Assembly (NCBI GenBank): GCA_003598025.1
Contig: QZKH01000003.1
Span: 42,048 to 106,047, forward strand
Source of the DNA: Candidatus Omnitrophota bacterium
GTDB lineage: Bacteria; Omnitrophota; Gorgyraeia; Gygaellales; Profunditerraquicolaceae
Direction of reading: 5' to 3'
DNA: 64,000 nucleotides
A program made the translations under genes and the position numbers. Under the pieces are notes generated by a model. That model did not search any database. It saw only the letters and a list, made by a program, of their open reading frames with translations, and was not told the origin of the DNA. This document shows positions 9,708-18,500 of the stretch, piece after piece (the stretch's first letter is position 1; each line of letters begins with the position of its first letter).

Positions 9708-10695
9708 GAATATTGCTGTTATTGGTGACGGCGGCTGGGGTACGACTCTGGCTATTATTTTGGCAGGGAAAGGATACTCAGTTACTTTATGGGGGGCTTT
9801 CCCAAAGTATGTTAGCCAGGTCAAAGAAACCAGGATCAATGAGAAATTCCTTCCGGATATCAAGATACCCAGGCAAGTTGTCTTAACTCACGATCTAGAG
9901 GAGGCTTTATATCAAAAGGATATAGTGGTGTTGACCGTGCCTTCCCAATACATCCGTGGTGTGCTAGAAAAGATAAAGAAAAATGATTACCCAAGGAGAG
10001 CAATTTATTTAAGCGGTACGAAAGGTATTGAAATAGGAACTTTATGCAGGATTTCACAGATAATTGAAGAGGAGCTTGGTAAGGTTAAGATAGCTGTCCT
10101 TTCTGGGCCGACCATAGCACATGAAGTTGCCCTGGGTGTGCCAACAGCAGCTGTTATTGCTGCGAATAATAGAGAAATAAGCAAATCCTTGCAGGAAGTA
10201 TTCATGACAGACGCTTTCAGGATATATACGAACAGTGATGTTATCGGTGTTGAATTGGGCGGAAGCTTAAAAAATATAATTGCTATTGCTTGTGGTATAT
10301 CCGATGGTCTGGGGTTTGGAACTAATACTAAAGCCGCGCTGCTTGCAAGAGGGCTGGCGGAGATTTCGCGGTTAGGCAAAGCCATGGGTGCAAGGCAAAA
10401 TACGTTTAGTGGTATAAGCGGTTTGGGCGATTTAGTGACTACATGCATAAGCCAATACAGCAGGAATAGGTTTGTCGGTGAACAAATCGGCAAAGGGATA
10501 AGCCTGAAGGATATAAACTCAAAAATGCAAATGGTAGCAGAAGGTTTACCGACCACCAAGTCAGTTTATGAGTTGAGCATAAAATACCGCGTTGATATGC
10601 CGATAACCAGCCAGGTTTATTCGGTTATTTACAAAAACAAGCCAGCATACAAAGCGGTAAGAGATTTAATGACAAGACAGGGTAAATCTGAATAA
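9700..10695 (+). CDS. gpsA: NAD(P)H-dependent glycerol-3-phosphate dehydrogenase
   Basis: GDGGWGT, LSGPT.A.EV, GVELGGSLKN, GLGDLVTTC, SRNR, VAEG. Confidence 0.96.
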   Translation: MNKNIAVIGDGGWGTTLAIILAGKGYSVTLWGAFPKYVSQVKETRINEKFLPDIKIPRQVVLTHDLEEALYQKDIVVLTVPSQYIRGVLEKIKKNDYPRRAIYLSGTKGIEIGTLCRISQIIEEELGKVKIAVLSGPTIAHEVALGVPTAAVIAANNREISKSLQEVFMTDAFRIYTNSDVIGVELGGSLKNIIAIACGISDGLGFGTNTKAALLARGLAEISRLGKAMGARQNTFSGISGLGDLVTTCISQYSRNRFVGEQIGKGISLKDINSKMQMVAEGLPTTKSVYELSIKYRVDMPITSQVYSVIYKNKPAYKAVRDLMTRQGKSE

Positions 10696-10707
10696 GCGCG
10701 GTAATTT

Positions 10708-10830
10708 ACGGGGAGTAGCGCAGCTCCGACGCACTCATTTCATTCGCAGTCGGAGTCCCGACCGAGTGTAAACGAGCGTCGGGATTTGGCTTTATCGTCC
10801 GTCATTAATAAAGAAGTTACGGACGATGCC
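10708..10830 (+). pseudogene. Duplicated 5' fragment of tRNA-Pro interrupted by palindromic elements
   Basis: acggggagtagcgcag at 10708-10723 is identical to 10876-10891; two hairpins follow, then tttggct (the D-loop continuation), then another hairpin. Confidence 0.65.
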
Positions 10831-10876
10831 CATTTTGCGCTAACATTTGGCTGAACATATTTGTTAGTTGATATAA

Positions 10877-10954
10877 CGGGGAGTAGCGCAGTTTGGCTAG
10901 CGCGTTTGAATGGGGTTCAAAAGGTCGTGGGTTCAAGTCCCACCTCCCCGACCA
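10877..10954 (+). tRNA. tRNA-Pro(GGG)
   Basis: cggggag/ctccccg acceptor, tttga-atggggt-tcaaa, ttcaagt, encoded CCA. Confidence 0.95.
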
Positions 10955-11076
10955 AAGTTCTCTTGTGATGTTTGAGATGTGAGCTTTGGCCATGAGTAGC
11001 CATATTTGTTGACGATTAGTACAAGAGATTTGAGAAAAAATTTTAATTCGAAATATTATCACGAAAGGAGAAATCT

Positions 11077-11430
11077 ATGGAATTCAAGGGGCCGGAAAAA
11101 AGAAAGACGCCTAGGATAGCCGGAAGATTTATTGTCTCTTACAGGATTTTAGAGGAAAATAATAATGTCGATATCTCGCAAACTAAGAATTTGAGTATGG
11201 GCGGCATGCTTCTGACTACTAACAGGCACTTCGATGTTGGCACTAATATCGCTCTGGAAATCCGTCTTCCATTTGATCCCAACCCGATTATGCTTATCGC
11301 CAAGGTCATGGAATCCAGGGAGATTACCAAAGATTTGATATATGATACCAGGCTTGCCTTTCTGGCCGTGGATGAAAGACACAGAAAAATAATAAATGAA
11401 ACAGTGGATTACTATATAAAGAAAGGTTAG
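11077..11430 (+). CDS. PilZ domain protein
   Basis: EKRKTPR and NLSMGG motifs; aaggag RBS. Confidence 0.82.
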   Translation: MEFKGPEKRKTPRIAGRFIVSYRILEENNNVDISQTKNLSMGGMLLTTNRHFDVGTNIALEIRLPFDPNPIMLIAKVMESREITKDLIYDTRLAFLAVDERHRKIINETVDYYIKKG

Positions 11431-11432
11431 TT

Positions 11433-12728
11433 ATGAAGAAGATAAATGTTGGCCTGATAGGTTTCGGCAATGTCGGCTCGGGAGTAGTAAAGATCCTTAA
11501 AGACAGAAGAAGCCTGCTGAGCGAGAAAATCGGCATAGAGATTAACATTAAGAAAATATGCGATAAGGATATTTCTTCAAAGAGAAATATAAAAGTAGAT
11601 AAATCTCTTTTGACTTCTAATGTCAAGGAGGTCATCAGTGATCCCCAGGTTGATATTATCGTTGAGCTTGTTGGAGGAATCCATCCGGCTAAGGAATTTG
11701 TCATTGAGGCTTTAAAGAATGGCAAGAATATCGTTACTGCCAATAAAGCATTATTGGCTGAAAACGGGTTAGAGCTATTTACTCTCGCTAAAGATAAGGG
11801 AAAAAATATTTATTTTGAAGCTTCAGTCGGAGCAGGTATCCCGATTATTAAATCTTTGCGTGAAGGCCTGGTAGCAAACAGGTTCAGCAGGATATTTGGT
11901 ATAGTAAACGGTACATCCAACTTCATTCTTTCGCAGATGTCTGATAGCAGCTGTAGTTTTGGCGCTGCTTTAGCCGAGGCCAAGAAGAGAGGCTTTGCCG
12001 AGAGTGATCCTACTCTTGACATAGAGGGGATTGATTCTGCCCATAAGCTTGTATTGCTTACATATTTGTCTTTCGGCAAATTTGTTGATATGGGTAATGT
12101 TTTTATAGAAGGGATATCCAGGATATCTTCTTGGGATGTTAAATATGCTAAGGAACTTGGGTTTGAAATCAAATTACTTGCTATTGCAAAAAAAGAAGGC
12201 TCGCAGTTGGAGACCAGGGTGCATCCTACGTTTATACCCAGAGAACATCTTTTATCGTCAGTAAGAAGTGTTTTTAATGCTATATATGTCTCTTCTGACC
12301 TTGCCGGAGACCTTCTTTTCTACGGCCCCGGCGCAGGGCAGTTCTCGGCGGCGTCTGCGGTTGTTTCTGATTTAGTGGATTTAACCCAGGATATTAAAGC
12401 CGGAATGTTCAGGCCTATACTAAATACTGTAGTCGATAAGAGCATAAGTTCATTAAGGAGTATAGACGATATTGAGAGCCGTTATTACATACGTTTTATG
12501 GCTATGGATAAGCCCGGGGTGCTGGCAAAGATTTCCGGAATTCTGGCCAGGTTCGGCATAAGTATTGCATCTGTCAGCCAGAAGGCTGAAGCAAAAGCTC
12601 AAATTGTTCCGGTAGTAATAATTGTCCATAATGCAAAAGAGAAAAATCTTAAGGCCGCATTAAAGGCTATAGATAAACTTGATTCTGTAAAACCTGAGTC
12701 AGTAGCGATAAGGATTGAAGATTTATGA
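11433..12728 (+). CDS. hom: Homoserine dehydrogenase (with ACT domain)
   Basis: GFGNVGSG, VTANK, FEASVGAGIP, NGTSNFIL, DPTLDIEG, GPGAG, DKPGVLA. Confidence 0.96.
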   Translation: MKKINVGLIGFGNVGSGVVKILKDRRSLLSEKIGIEINIKKICDKDISSKRNIKVDKSLLTSNVKEVISDPQVDIIVELVGGIHPAKEFVIEALKNGKNIVTANKALLAENGLELFTLAKDKGKNIYFEASVGAGIPIIKSLREGLVANRFSRIFGIVNGTSNFILSQMSDSSCSFGAALAEAKKRGFAESDPTLDIEGIDSAHKLVLLTYLSFGKFVDMGNVFIEGISRISSWDVKYAKELGFEIKLLAIAKKEGSQLETRVHPTFIPREHLLSSVRSVFNAIYVSSDLAGDLLFYGPGAGQFSAASAVVSDLVDLTQDIKAGMFRPILNTVVDKSISSLRSIDDIESRYYIRFMAMDKPGVLAKISGILARFGISIASVSQKAEAKAQIVPVVIIVHNAKEKNLKAALKAIDKLDSVKPESVAIRIEDL

Positions 12729-13819
12729 ATAGACCAACAAAATGTTGCCAGTACAAGGGGATAATTGAAAGGTATTCAGAATTTCTGCCGGTTACAAAAA
12801 ATACGCCGGTAGTGAGTTTATTGGAGGGCGATACACCGTTAATTTATGCGCATCATATAAGCGGTTTGTTTGGAAGCCGAGTCAGGGTGTTTTTAAAATA
12901 TGAAGGCTTAAATCCCACAGGTTCTTTTAAGGACAGGGGTATGACTCTAGCTATCTCTAAGGCTATTGAAAATAAGGCAAAAGCAGTAATTTGCGCTTCT
13001 ACCGGTAATACCTCGGCTTCTGCCGCAGCTTATTCAGCCAGGGCAAAGATTAAATGTATTGTCTTGATACCTAAGGGTTCAATAGCGTTAGGCAAATTAA
13101 GCCAGGCGCTGATCCATGGAGCCAGTGTATTGGCGGTAGATGGCAATTTCGACGATGCCTTGGATATAGTCAAGCAGGTCAGTAATAACTATCCTGTTAC
13201 GCTGGTTAATTCATTGAATCCATTTAGGATAGAAGGGCAGAAGACCGGTAGTTTTGAGATTTGTGATTTTCTGGGATTCGCGCCTGATTTTCAGGTTATG
13301 CCTGTGGGTAATGCCGGCAACATAACAGCTTACTGGAAAGGTTATAAGGAGTATCGAAATGAAGGTTTTATTAACTCTTTACCAAAAATGCTGGGTTTCC
13401 AGGCTGCAGGTTCTGCACCCATTGTAAAGAGGCACATTATAAAGCATCCGAAAACAATCGCTACTGCTATAAAAATAGGCAATCCTGCAAGCTGGAAGTC
13501 TGCTGAAGAGGCGCGTGATGAGTCTGGTGGTTTGATTGATTGTGTAAGCGATGTCCAAATAATCAAAGCTTATAAACTGCTTGCGGAAAAAGAAGGGGTA
13601 TTTGTTGAGCCTGCGTCAGCAGCTTCAATAGCCGGTTTGCTTAAATTACAGGAGAGAGGATATTTCAGGAAATTTAGCAAAAATAGAGGCAACATTAATA
13701 TAGTATGTATCCTCACCGGGCACGGCCTAAAGGACCCCGATAGAGCCATTAGTAGCGTGCCAAAACCCAAAATAGTCAAGGCTAATTTAAAGGCAGTGTT
13801 GAAAGAAATTGGCTACTAA
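12725..13819 (+). CDS. thrC: Threonine synthase
   Basis: EGLNPTGSFKDRGM, CASTGNTS, PVGNAGN, EPASAA, LTGHGLKDP. Confidence 0.96.
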   Translation: MNRPTKCCQYKGIIERYSEFLPVTKNTPVVSLLEGDTPLIYAHHISGLFGSRVRVFLKYEGLNPTGSFKDRGMTLAISKAIENKAKAVICASTGNTSASAAAYSARAKIKCIVLIPKGSIALGKLSQALIHGASVLAVDGNFDDALDIVKQVSNNYPVTLVNSLNPFRIEGQKTGSFEICDFLGFAPDFQVMPVGNAGNITAYWKGYKEYRNEGFINSLPKMLGFQAAGSAPIVKRHIIKHPKTIATAIKIGNPASWKSAEEARDESGGLIDCVSDVQIIKAYKLLAEKEGVFVEPASAASIAGLLKLQERGYFRKFSKNRGNINIVCILTGHGLKDPDRAISSVPKPKIVKANLKAVLKEIGY

Positions 13820-14492
13820 ATTAAAGCGGGATTATCATAGGAAAAGCAAACGCCGTAAAATCAGGGTTTTAATTACCGCTGGCCCTACTTGGATTCAGCT
13901 TGACCCTGTTAGAATTATAAGTAATATTTCTACCGGTAAGACCGGACAGATGCTGGCTGAGAAGATTGCGCGGGCAGGGAATCAGGTAAAATTATTGCTC
14001 GGCCCTTCACCCTTTGGCTATAAACATAACTTTAAAGGTGTGGAAGTCCTGCGCTATATCTTTTTTAACGAACTGCGGGATAAAATAAGGAAAATCCTGC
14101 GCAAATCAAGATTTGATGTCGTAATACACTCTGCAGCTGTTTGTGATTTCTGGCCATTACAGGTTGTCCGCCATAAATTCAAATCGAGCAATAAGAAATG
14201 GGATGTTAAATTGGTGAGGACGCCCAAGATAATAAATGAAATCAAGCGTATAAGCCCGGGCCTGATGTTAGTAGGTTTTAAATTTGAACCACAAGCTTCT
14301 AAAGGCTATTTAATCAAAGAGGCTGGCATGCTCATGCGGCAGTCTGGTTCTGATATTGTAGTTGCAAATACGGTGAAAAATAATTCTTATAAAGCCTATA
14401 TTCTTGATTCAGATTCTGTACGAGGACCTTTTATTAATAAATCTGCTATGTCAGATACATTAATCAAATTAATACAGGATAAAATAAAATGA
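13809..14492 (+). CDS. coaB: Stand-alone phosphopantothenate-cysteine ligase (CoaB-like); start uncertain
   Basis: VLITAGPT, DPVRIISNISTGKTG, HSAAVCDF, TPKII, LVGFKFE, VVAN. Confidence 0.82.
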   Translation: MATKLKRDYHRKSKRRKIRVLITAGPTWIQLDPVRIISNISTGKTGQMLAEKIARAGNQVKLLLGPSPFGYKHNFKGVEVLRYIFFNELRDKIRKILRKSRFDVVIHSAAVCDFWPLQVVRHKFKSSNKKWDVKLVRTPKIINEIKRISPGLMLVGFKFEPQASKGYLIKEAGMLMRQSGSDIVVANTVKNNSYKAYILDSDSVRGPFINKSAMSDTLIKLIQDKIK

Positions 14493-15694
14493 AATATATT
14501 GTATTAGTCGGAGATGGCATGGCGGATTATCAGATTGAAGAGTTAGGTAACCGCACCCCTCTGGAAGCAGCCAAGACTCCAAATATGGATTATATCTGCA
14601 AGTATGGCAAGATCGGGCTGGCTAGGACTATCCCTGAAAATATGACCCCTGCTTCTGATGTAGCCAATATCTCTATATTAGGATATAACCCTAAAGAATA
14701 CTATTCAGGCAGGGGGCCTCTTGAAGCCGCTAACTTAGGTATAGAGCTTGAAAGCGATGATGTTGCTTTCCGTTGTAATTTAGTTACAGTCCTTGATGAT
14801 ACGATGGTTGATTATAGCGCCGGTCATATAAGCTCAAGGGAAGCCGCGTTAATAATAAAATTTATTGATGATAACCTCGGCAGCAATAAGATTAAATTTT
14901 ATCCGGGTGTTGGTTACAGGCATCTGATGGTTGTAAAACGCGGCGCAGAATCTCATTGGCATGAATTAGAATGTAGGGCTCCCCACGATATTACCGGGCA
15001 GAAGATTACGAAAAATTTTCCAAGAGGCGAGGGTTCAGACAAGCTTATAAAAATAATGCAGGACTCGCGTCCCCTCCTTGAAAACCATGAGATTAATATT
15101 GTCAGGGTTGACCTTAAAGAGAACCCGGCTAATATGATCTGGTTATGGGGGCAGGGCAGGAAGCCGGCTATGCCAAAGTTCTACGATAAATACGGGATAA
15201 ATGGAAGCGTTATTTCGGCAGTCGATTTAATAAAAGGATTGGGCAGGATATTGGGCCTGGAAGTTATCAATGTGAAAGGCGCAACAGGCTATTATGATAC
15301 AGATTATTTAGGAAAGGCAAAAGCCGCTCTGGCATCTCTTAAGGATAATGATTTTGTATTTGTGCATGTGGAGGCACCCGATGAAGCGGGGCACAATGGG
15401 GACTTAAGAGAGAAGCTTACAGCCATAGAGAGATTTGATCAGCTTATCGTTGGGACGATACTCGAAGCTTTTAAGAATAGAAAGGATTTTAGGATCATGG
15501 TATTGCCGGACCATCCTACTCCCATAGCTTTAAAGACACATTCAAGTGATATGGTCCCATTTGCTGTTTTTGGAAAAGACATTGTGCCTTCAGGCGCAGG
15601 ATCGTTCAGCGAGAAAGAAGCAGCTGCATCAGGTTTTTCTTTTGAAAGAGCGCATGAGCTTATGGATTATCTTATAAAAGGCCAGTATAAATGA
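14489..15694 (+). CDS. apgM: Cofactor-independent phosphoglycerate mutase (ApgM family; proposed homoserine kinase in this context)
   Basis: VGDGMAD, TPLEAAKTPNMD, SDVAN, GRGPLEA, FRCNL, HVEAPDEAGH, PDHPTP. Confidence 0.88.
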   Translation: MKYIVLVGDGMADYQIEELGNRTPLEAAKTPNMDYICKYGKIGLARTIPENMTPASDVANISILGYNPKEYYSGRGPLEAANLGIELESDDVAFRCNLVTVLDDTMVDYSAGHISSREAALIIKFIDDNLGSNKIKFYPGVGYRHLMVVKRGAESHWHELECRAPHDITGQKITKNFPRGEGSDKLIKIMQDSRPLLENHEINIVRVDLKENPANMIWLWGQGRKPAMPKFYDKYGINGSVISAVDLIKGLGRILGLEVINVKGATGYYDTDYLGKAKAALASLKDNDFVFVHVEAPDEAGHNGDLREKLTAIERFDQLIVGTILEAFKNRKDFRIMVLPDHPTPIALKTHSSDMVPFAVFGKDIVPSGAGSFSEKEAAASGFSFERAHELMDYLIKGQYK

Positions 15695-17280
15695 GTTCGT
15701 TTCTTATACTTCTTTTATCATTTGCTGTCTTTGCCTGGGCATATTTTTTTTATGCTAAACGCTTTGAGGCTATTTTAGGCGCAGATCCTAAGAAGCCTAC
15801 ACCGGCTTTTTCTAAATTCGATAGCGTTGATTATATCCCTGCAAAAAATGTTTTAGTGCTTTTTGGCCATCATTTTTCTTCTATCGCGGGAGCCGGGCCG
15901 ATAATCGGGCCTGTTATTGCGGTGATGCTCTGGGGTTGGTTGCCGGCGTTGTTATGGGTCATAATCGGTACAGTTTTTATAGGCGGGATACACGATTTTG
16001 GCTCTTTAGTAGTCTCTATTAAGCAGGGGGGTTCTTCTGTCGCAGATGTTTCACAGCATGTAATAAGCAAGAGGGTCAAAATTATTTTTTCGCTTTTTGT
16101 CTGGCTTGCCCTTATTTTAGTTATCGCTGTTTTTGCCTGGTTTTGCGCCGATACGTTTGTTAAAGAGCCAAAAATAGTCCTTCCTTCGCTTGGGCTTATA
16201 CCGGTAGCAATCCTTTGCGGTTACCTTTTATATGTAAGGCAGCGCAATCTGGCTTCGGTTACCGCATTAGGGTTACTGCTTTTAGTTGGGTTAATTTTTG
16301 TTGGTAATATATTGCCGATTAAAGCAGGCCTGAATATCTGGCTTTTTATACTTCTTTTTTATTGTTACTTGGCATCAATTCTTCCGGTTAATATTCTTCT
16401 TCAGCCCCGGGATTACCTGAGCAGCTACCTATTGTTCTTTGGGCTCGGTATGGGGTACATTTGTTTGTTATTTACCAGACCGCCGATTGAGATGCCTTTT
16501 TATCATAATTGGGTATCCAGTGAAGGTTATTTATGGCCCGCGTTATTTGTGACTGTTGCCTGCGGAGCGGTTTCCGGATTTCATTCTTTGATTGCCAGCG
16601 GTACGACTTCAAAACAGATATCCAATGAAGCTCAGGCAAGAAAAATAGGCTATGGGGCAATGGTCGTGGAGGCCATGCTTGCAATATTAGCGGTTTTATC
16701 AGTAGCAGTACTTTTTAATTCTAGAATGAATTTTGCCGCTATTCTTAAATCAAGAGGCCCCTCTGCGCTGTTTGGTGACGGATATGGTTATATCACTAAG
16801 CCTATGCTTGGCAGTTATGGGTTGTTTGTAGCCATTACTATCTTGAATGCTTTTATCCTTACGACGTTGGATACCGCAACTAGGATTACCAGGTATATAA
16901 GCGAAGAGCTTTTTAAAATAAAAAACAAACACATATCTACTGCTTTTGTTATTTTTTTGGCAGGCATGCTTGCTTTCAGCGGCAAATGGAGTAGGATTTG
17001 GCCGGTTTTTGGAGCATCAAATCAACTGGTAGCAGCTTTATCTTTATTTGTTTTGGCATCATGGTTGATAGCAAAACATAAGACAATACGTTTTGTTTTG
17101 GCCCCAGCCATATTTATGCTCATTACCACTTTAGTTTCACTTTTAGCGCAGGCCAGGAGATATTTTATTTCTAGGGACATAATGCTTTTAATTATTGTGA
17201 TTCTTTTAATGGGTTTAGCTTTTTTTATGATACTGGAGGTCGTTCCTTTAATTTCTAAGAGGAGAAGAGTTAATGTCTAA
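15691..17280 (+). CDS. cstA: Carbon starvation protein A (peptide/pyruvate transporter)
   Basis: FGHHFSSIAGAGPIIGP, GIHDF, LLQPRDYL, ACGAVSGFH, TTLDTATR, WPVFGASNQL. Confidence 0.94.
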   Translation: MSSFLILLLSFAVFAWAYFFYAKRFEAILGADPKKPTPAFSKFDSVDYIPAKNVLVLFGHHFSSIAGAGPIIGPVIAVMLWGWLPALLWVIIGTVFIGGIHDFGSLVVSIKQGGSSVADVSQHVISKRVKIIFSLFVWLALILVIAVFAWFCADTFVKEPKIVLPSLGLIPVAILCGYLLYVRQRNLASVTALGLLLLVGLIFVGNILPIKAGLNIWLFILLFYCYLASILPVNILLQPRDYLSSYLLFFGLGMGYICLLFTRPPIEMPFYHNWVSSEGYLWPALFVTVACGAVSGFHSLIASGTTSKQISNEAQARKIGYGAMVVEAMLAILAVLSVAVLFNSRMNFAAILKSRGPSALFGDGYGYITKPMLGSYGLFVAITILNAFILTTLDTATRITRYISEELFKIKNKHISTAFVIFLAGMLAFSGKWSRIWPVFGASNQLVAALSLFVLASWLIAKHKTIRFVLAPAIFMLITTLVSLLAQARRYFISRDIMLLIIVILLMGLAFFMILEVVPLISKRRRVNV

Positions 17281-18493
17281 AGGTCTGATAGTCCAGAAAT
17301 TCGGAGGTTCTTCTGTAGCCAATGTTGAATGTATACAGAACGTAGCAAGAAAAGTAACTGCTTATAAAAAACAGGGATATGATTTGGTAGTCGTGGTTTC
17401 TGCTTTAGGGGATACAACCGATGAATTGATTGAGCTGGCGAATAAAATTAATGTAGAGCCTTCTGAGCGGGAAATGGATATGTTGCTTTCTACCGGAGAG
17501 CAGATATCGGTCGCGTTACTGGCAATGGCTATCCATAAATTGGGATTTGAAGCCATATCTTTTACCGGAGCCCAGGTTGGTATTATCACTGATACCAGCC
17601 ATACAAAGGCACGAATAGTAAAAATTGAAGCAAAGAGGATAATAGAGAAAGTGAATGAAGGAAAGATCGTTATTGTTGCCGGGTTCCAGGGAATAACTCC
17701 GGATTATGATATAACTACTTTGGGCAGGGGAGGGTCTGATCTTACTGCTGTAGCTTTAGCTAAAGAGCTTAAGGCTGATCATTGCGAAATATATACCGAC
17801 GTTAAGGGTATATACACAACCGATCCTAGGATCGACTCGAGAGCCAGGAAGATAGAGAGTATAACATATGATGAGATGCTGGAAATGGCATCATTAGGCG
17901 CTCAGGTAATGCAGGCGCGTTCAATCGAAGTAGCAAAAAAATACGACGTACCTATACATGTACGTTCTTCTTTTTCTGATGAACCGGGTACTATGATTAT
18001 TAAGGAGGTTAAAAACATGGAAGAAGTTTTGGTAAGCGGTGTTACCTTGAATAAGAATGAAACGAAAATAACTGTTTGTAATGTTCCCGATAAACCGGGA
18101 GTCGCGGCTAAAATATTCAAGGAGATGTCGGGTGCCGGCATAAGTGTCGATATGATCGTCCAGAACGTCAGCCATTTAAGGCAGACCGATATTTCGTTTA
18201 CTGTAGATAAAGCATCTTCTCCTAAAGCGATGAAGATTGCAAAAAGCGTAGCAAGGAAGATAAAAGCCGGCGATGTCCTGGAAGGGCCAGATATAGCAAG
18301 AGTTTCTATAGTAGGCGTAGGCATGAAGTCGCATCCGGGCGTTGCTGCAACCATGTTTGACATACTTGCAAAAATCAAGGCTAATATTGAAATGATCTCA
18401 ACTTCAGAAATAAGCATATCGTGTATTATTGAAAAGAAGTTTGCAGAGAAGGCAGTTCGTGCCTTGCACGAGAAATTTAATCTCGGAAAGTAG
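17273..18493 (+). CDS. lysC: Aspartate kinase
   Basis: VQKFGGSSV, STGEQIS, TTLGRGGSD, YTDV, two ACT domains, ISTSEI. Confidence 0.96.
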   Translation: MSKGLIVQKFGGSSVANVECIQNVARKVTAYKKQGYDLVVVVSALGDTTDELIELANKINVEPSEREMDMLLSTGEQISVALLAMAIHKLGFEAISFTGAQVGIITDTSHTKARIVKIEAKRIIEKVNEGKIVIVAGFQGITPDYDITTLGRGGSDLTAVALAKELKADHCEIYTDVKGIYTTDPRIDSRARKIESITYDEMLEMASLGAQVMQARSIEVAKKYDVPIHVRSSFSDEPGTMIIKEVKNMEEVLVSGVTLNKNETKITVCNVPDKPGVAAKIFKEMSGAGISVDMIVQNVSHLRQTDISFTVDKASSPKAMKIAKSVARKIKAGDVLEGPDIARVSIVGVGMKSHPGVAATMFDILAKIKANIEMISTSEISISCIIEKKFAEKAVRALHEKFNLGK

Positions 18494-18500
18494 GTTTAAT

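Noticed and set aside
10959-11030. Possible c-di-GMP riboswitch upstream of the PilZ gene
   Set aside because: Only a short tctcttgt/acaagaga pairing; GEMM consensus motifs not found.
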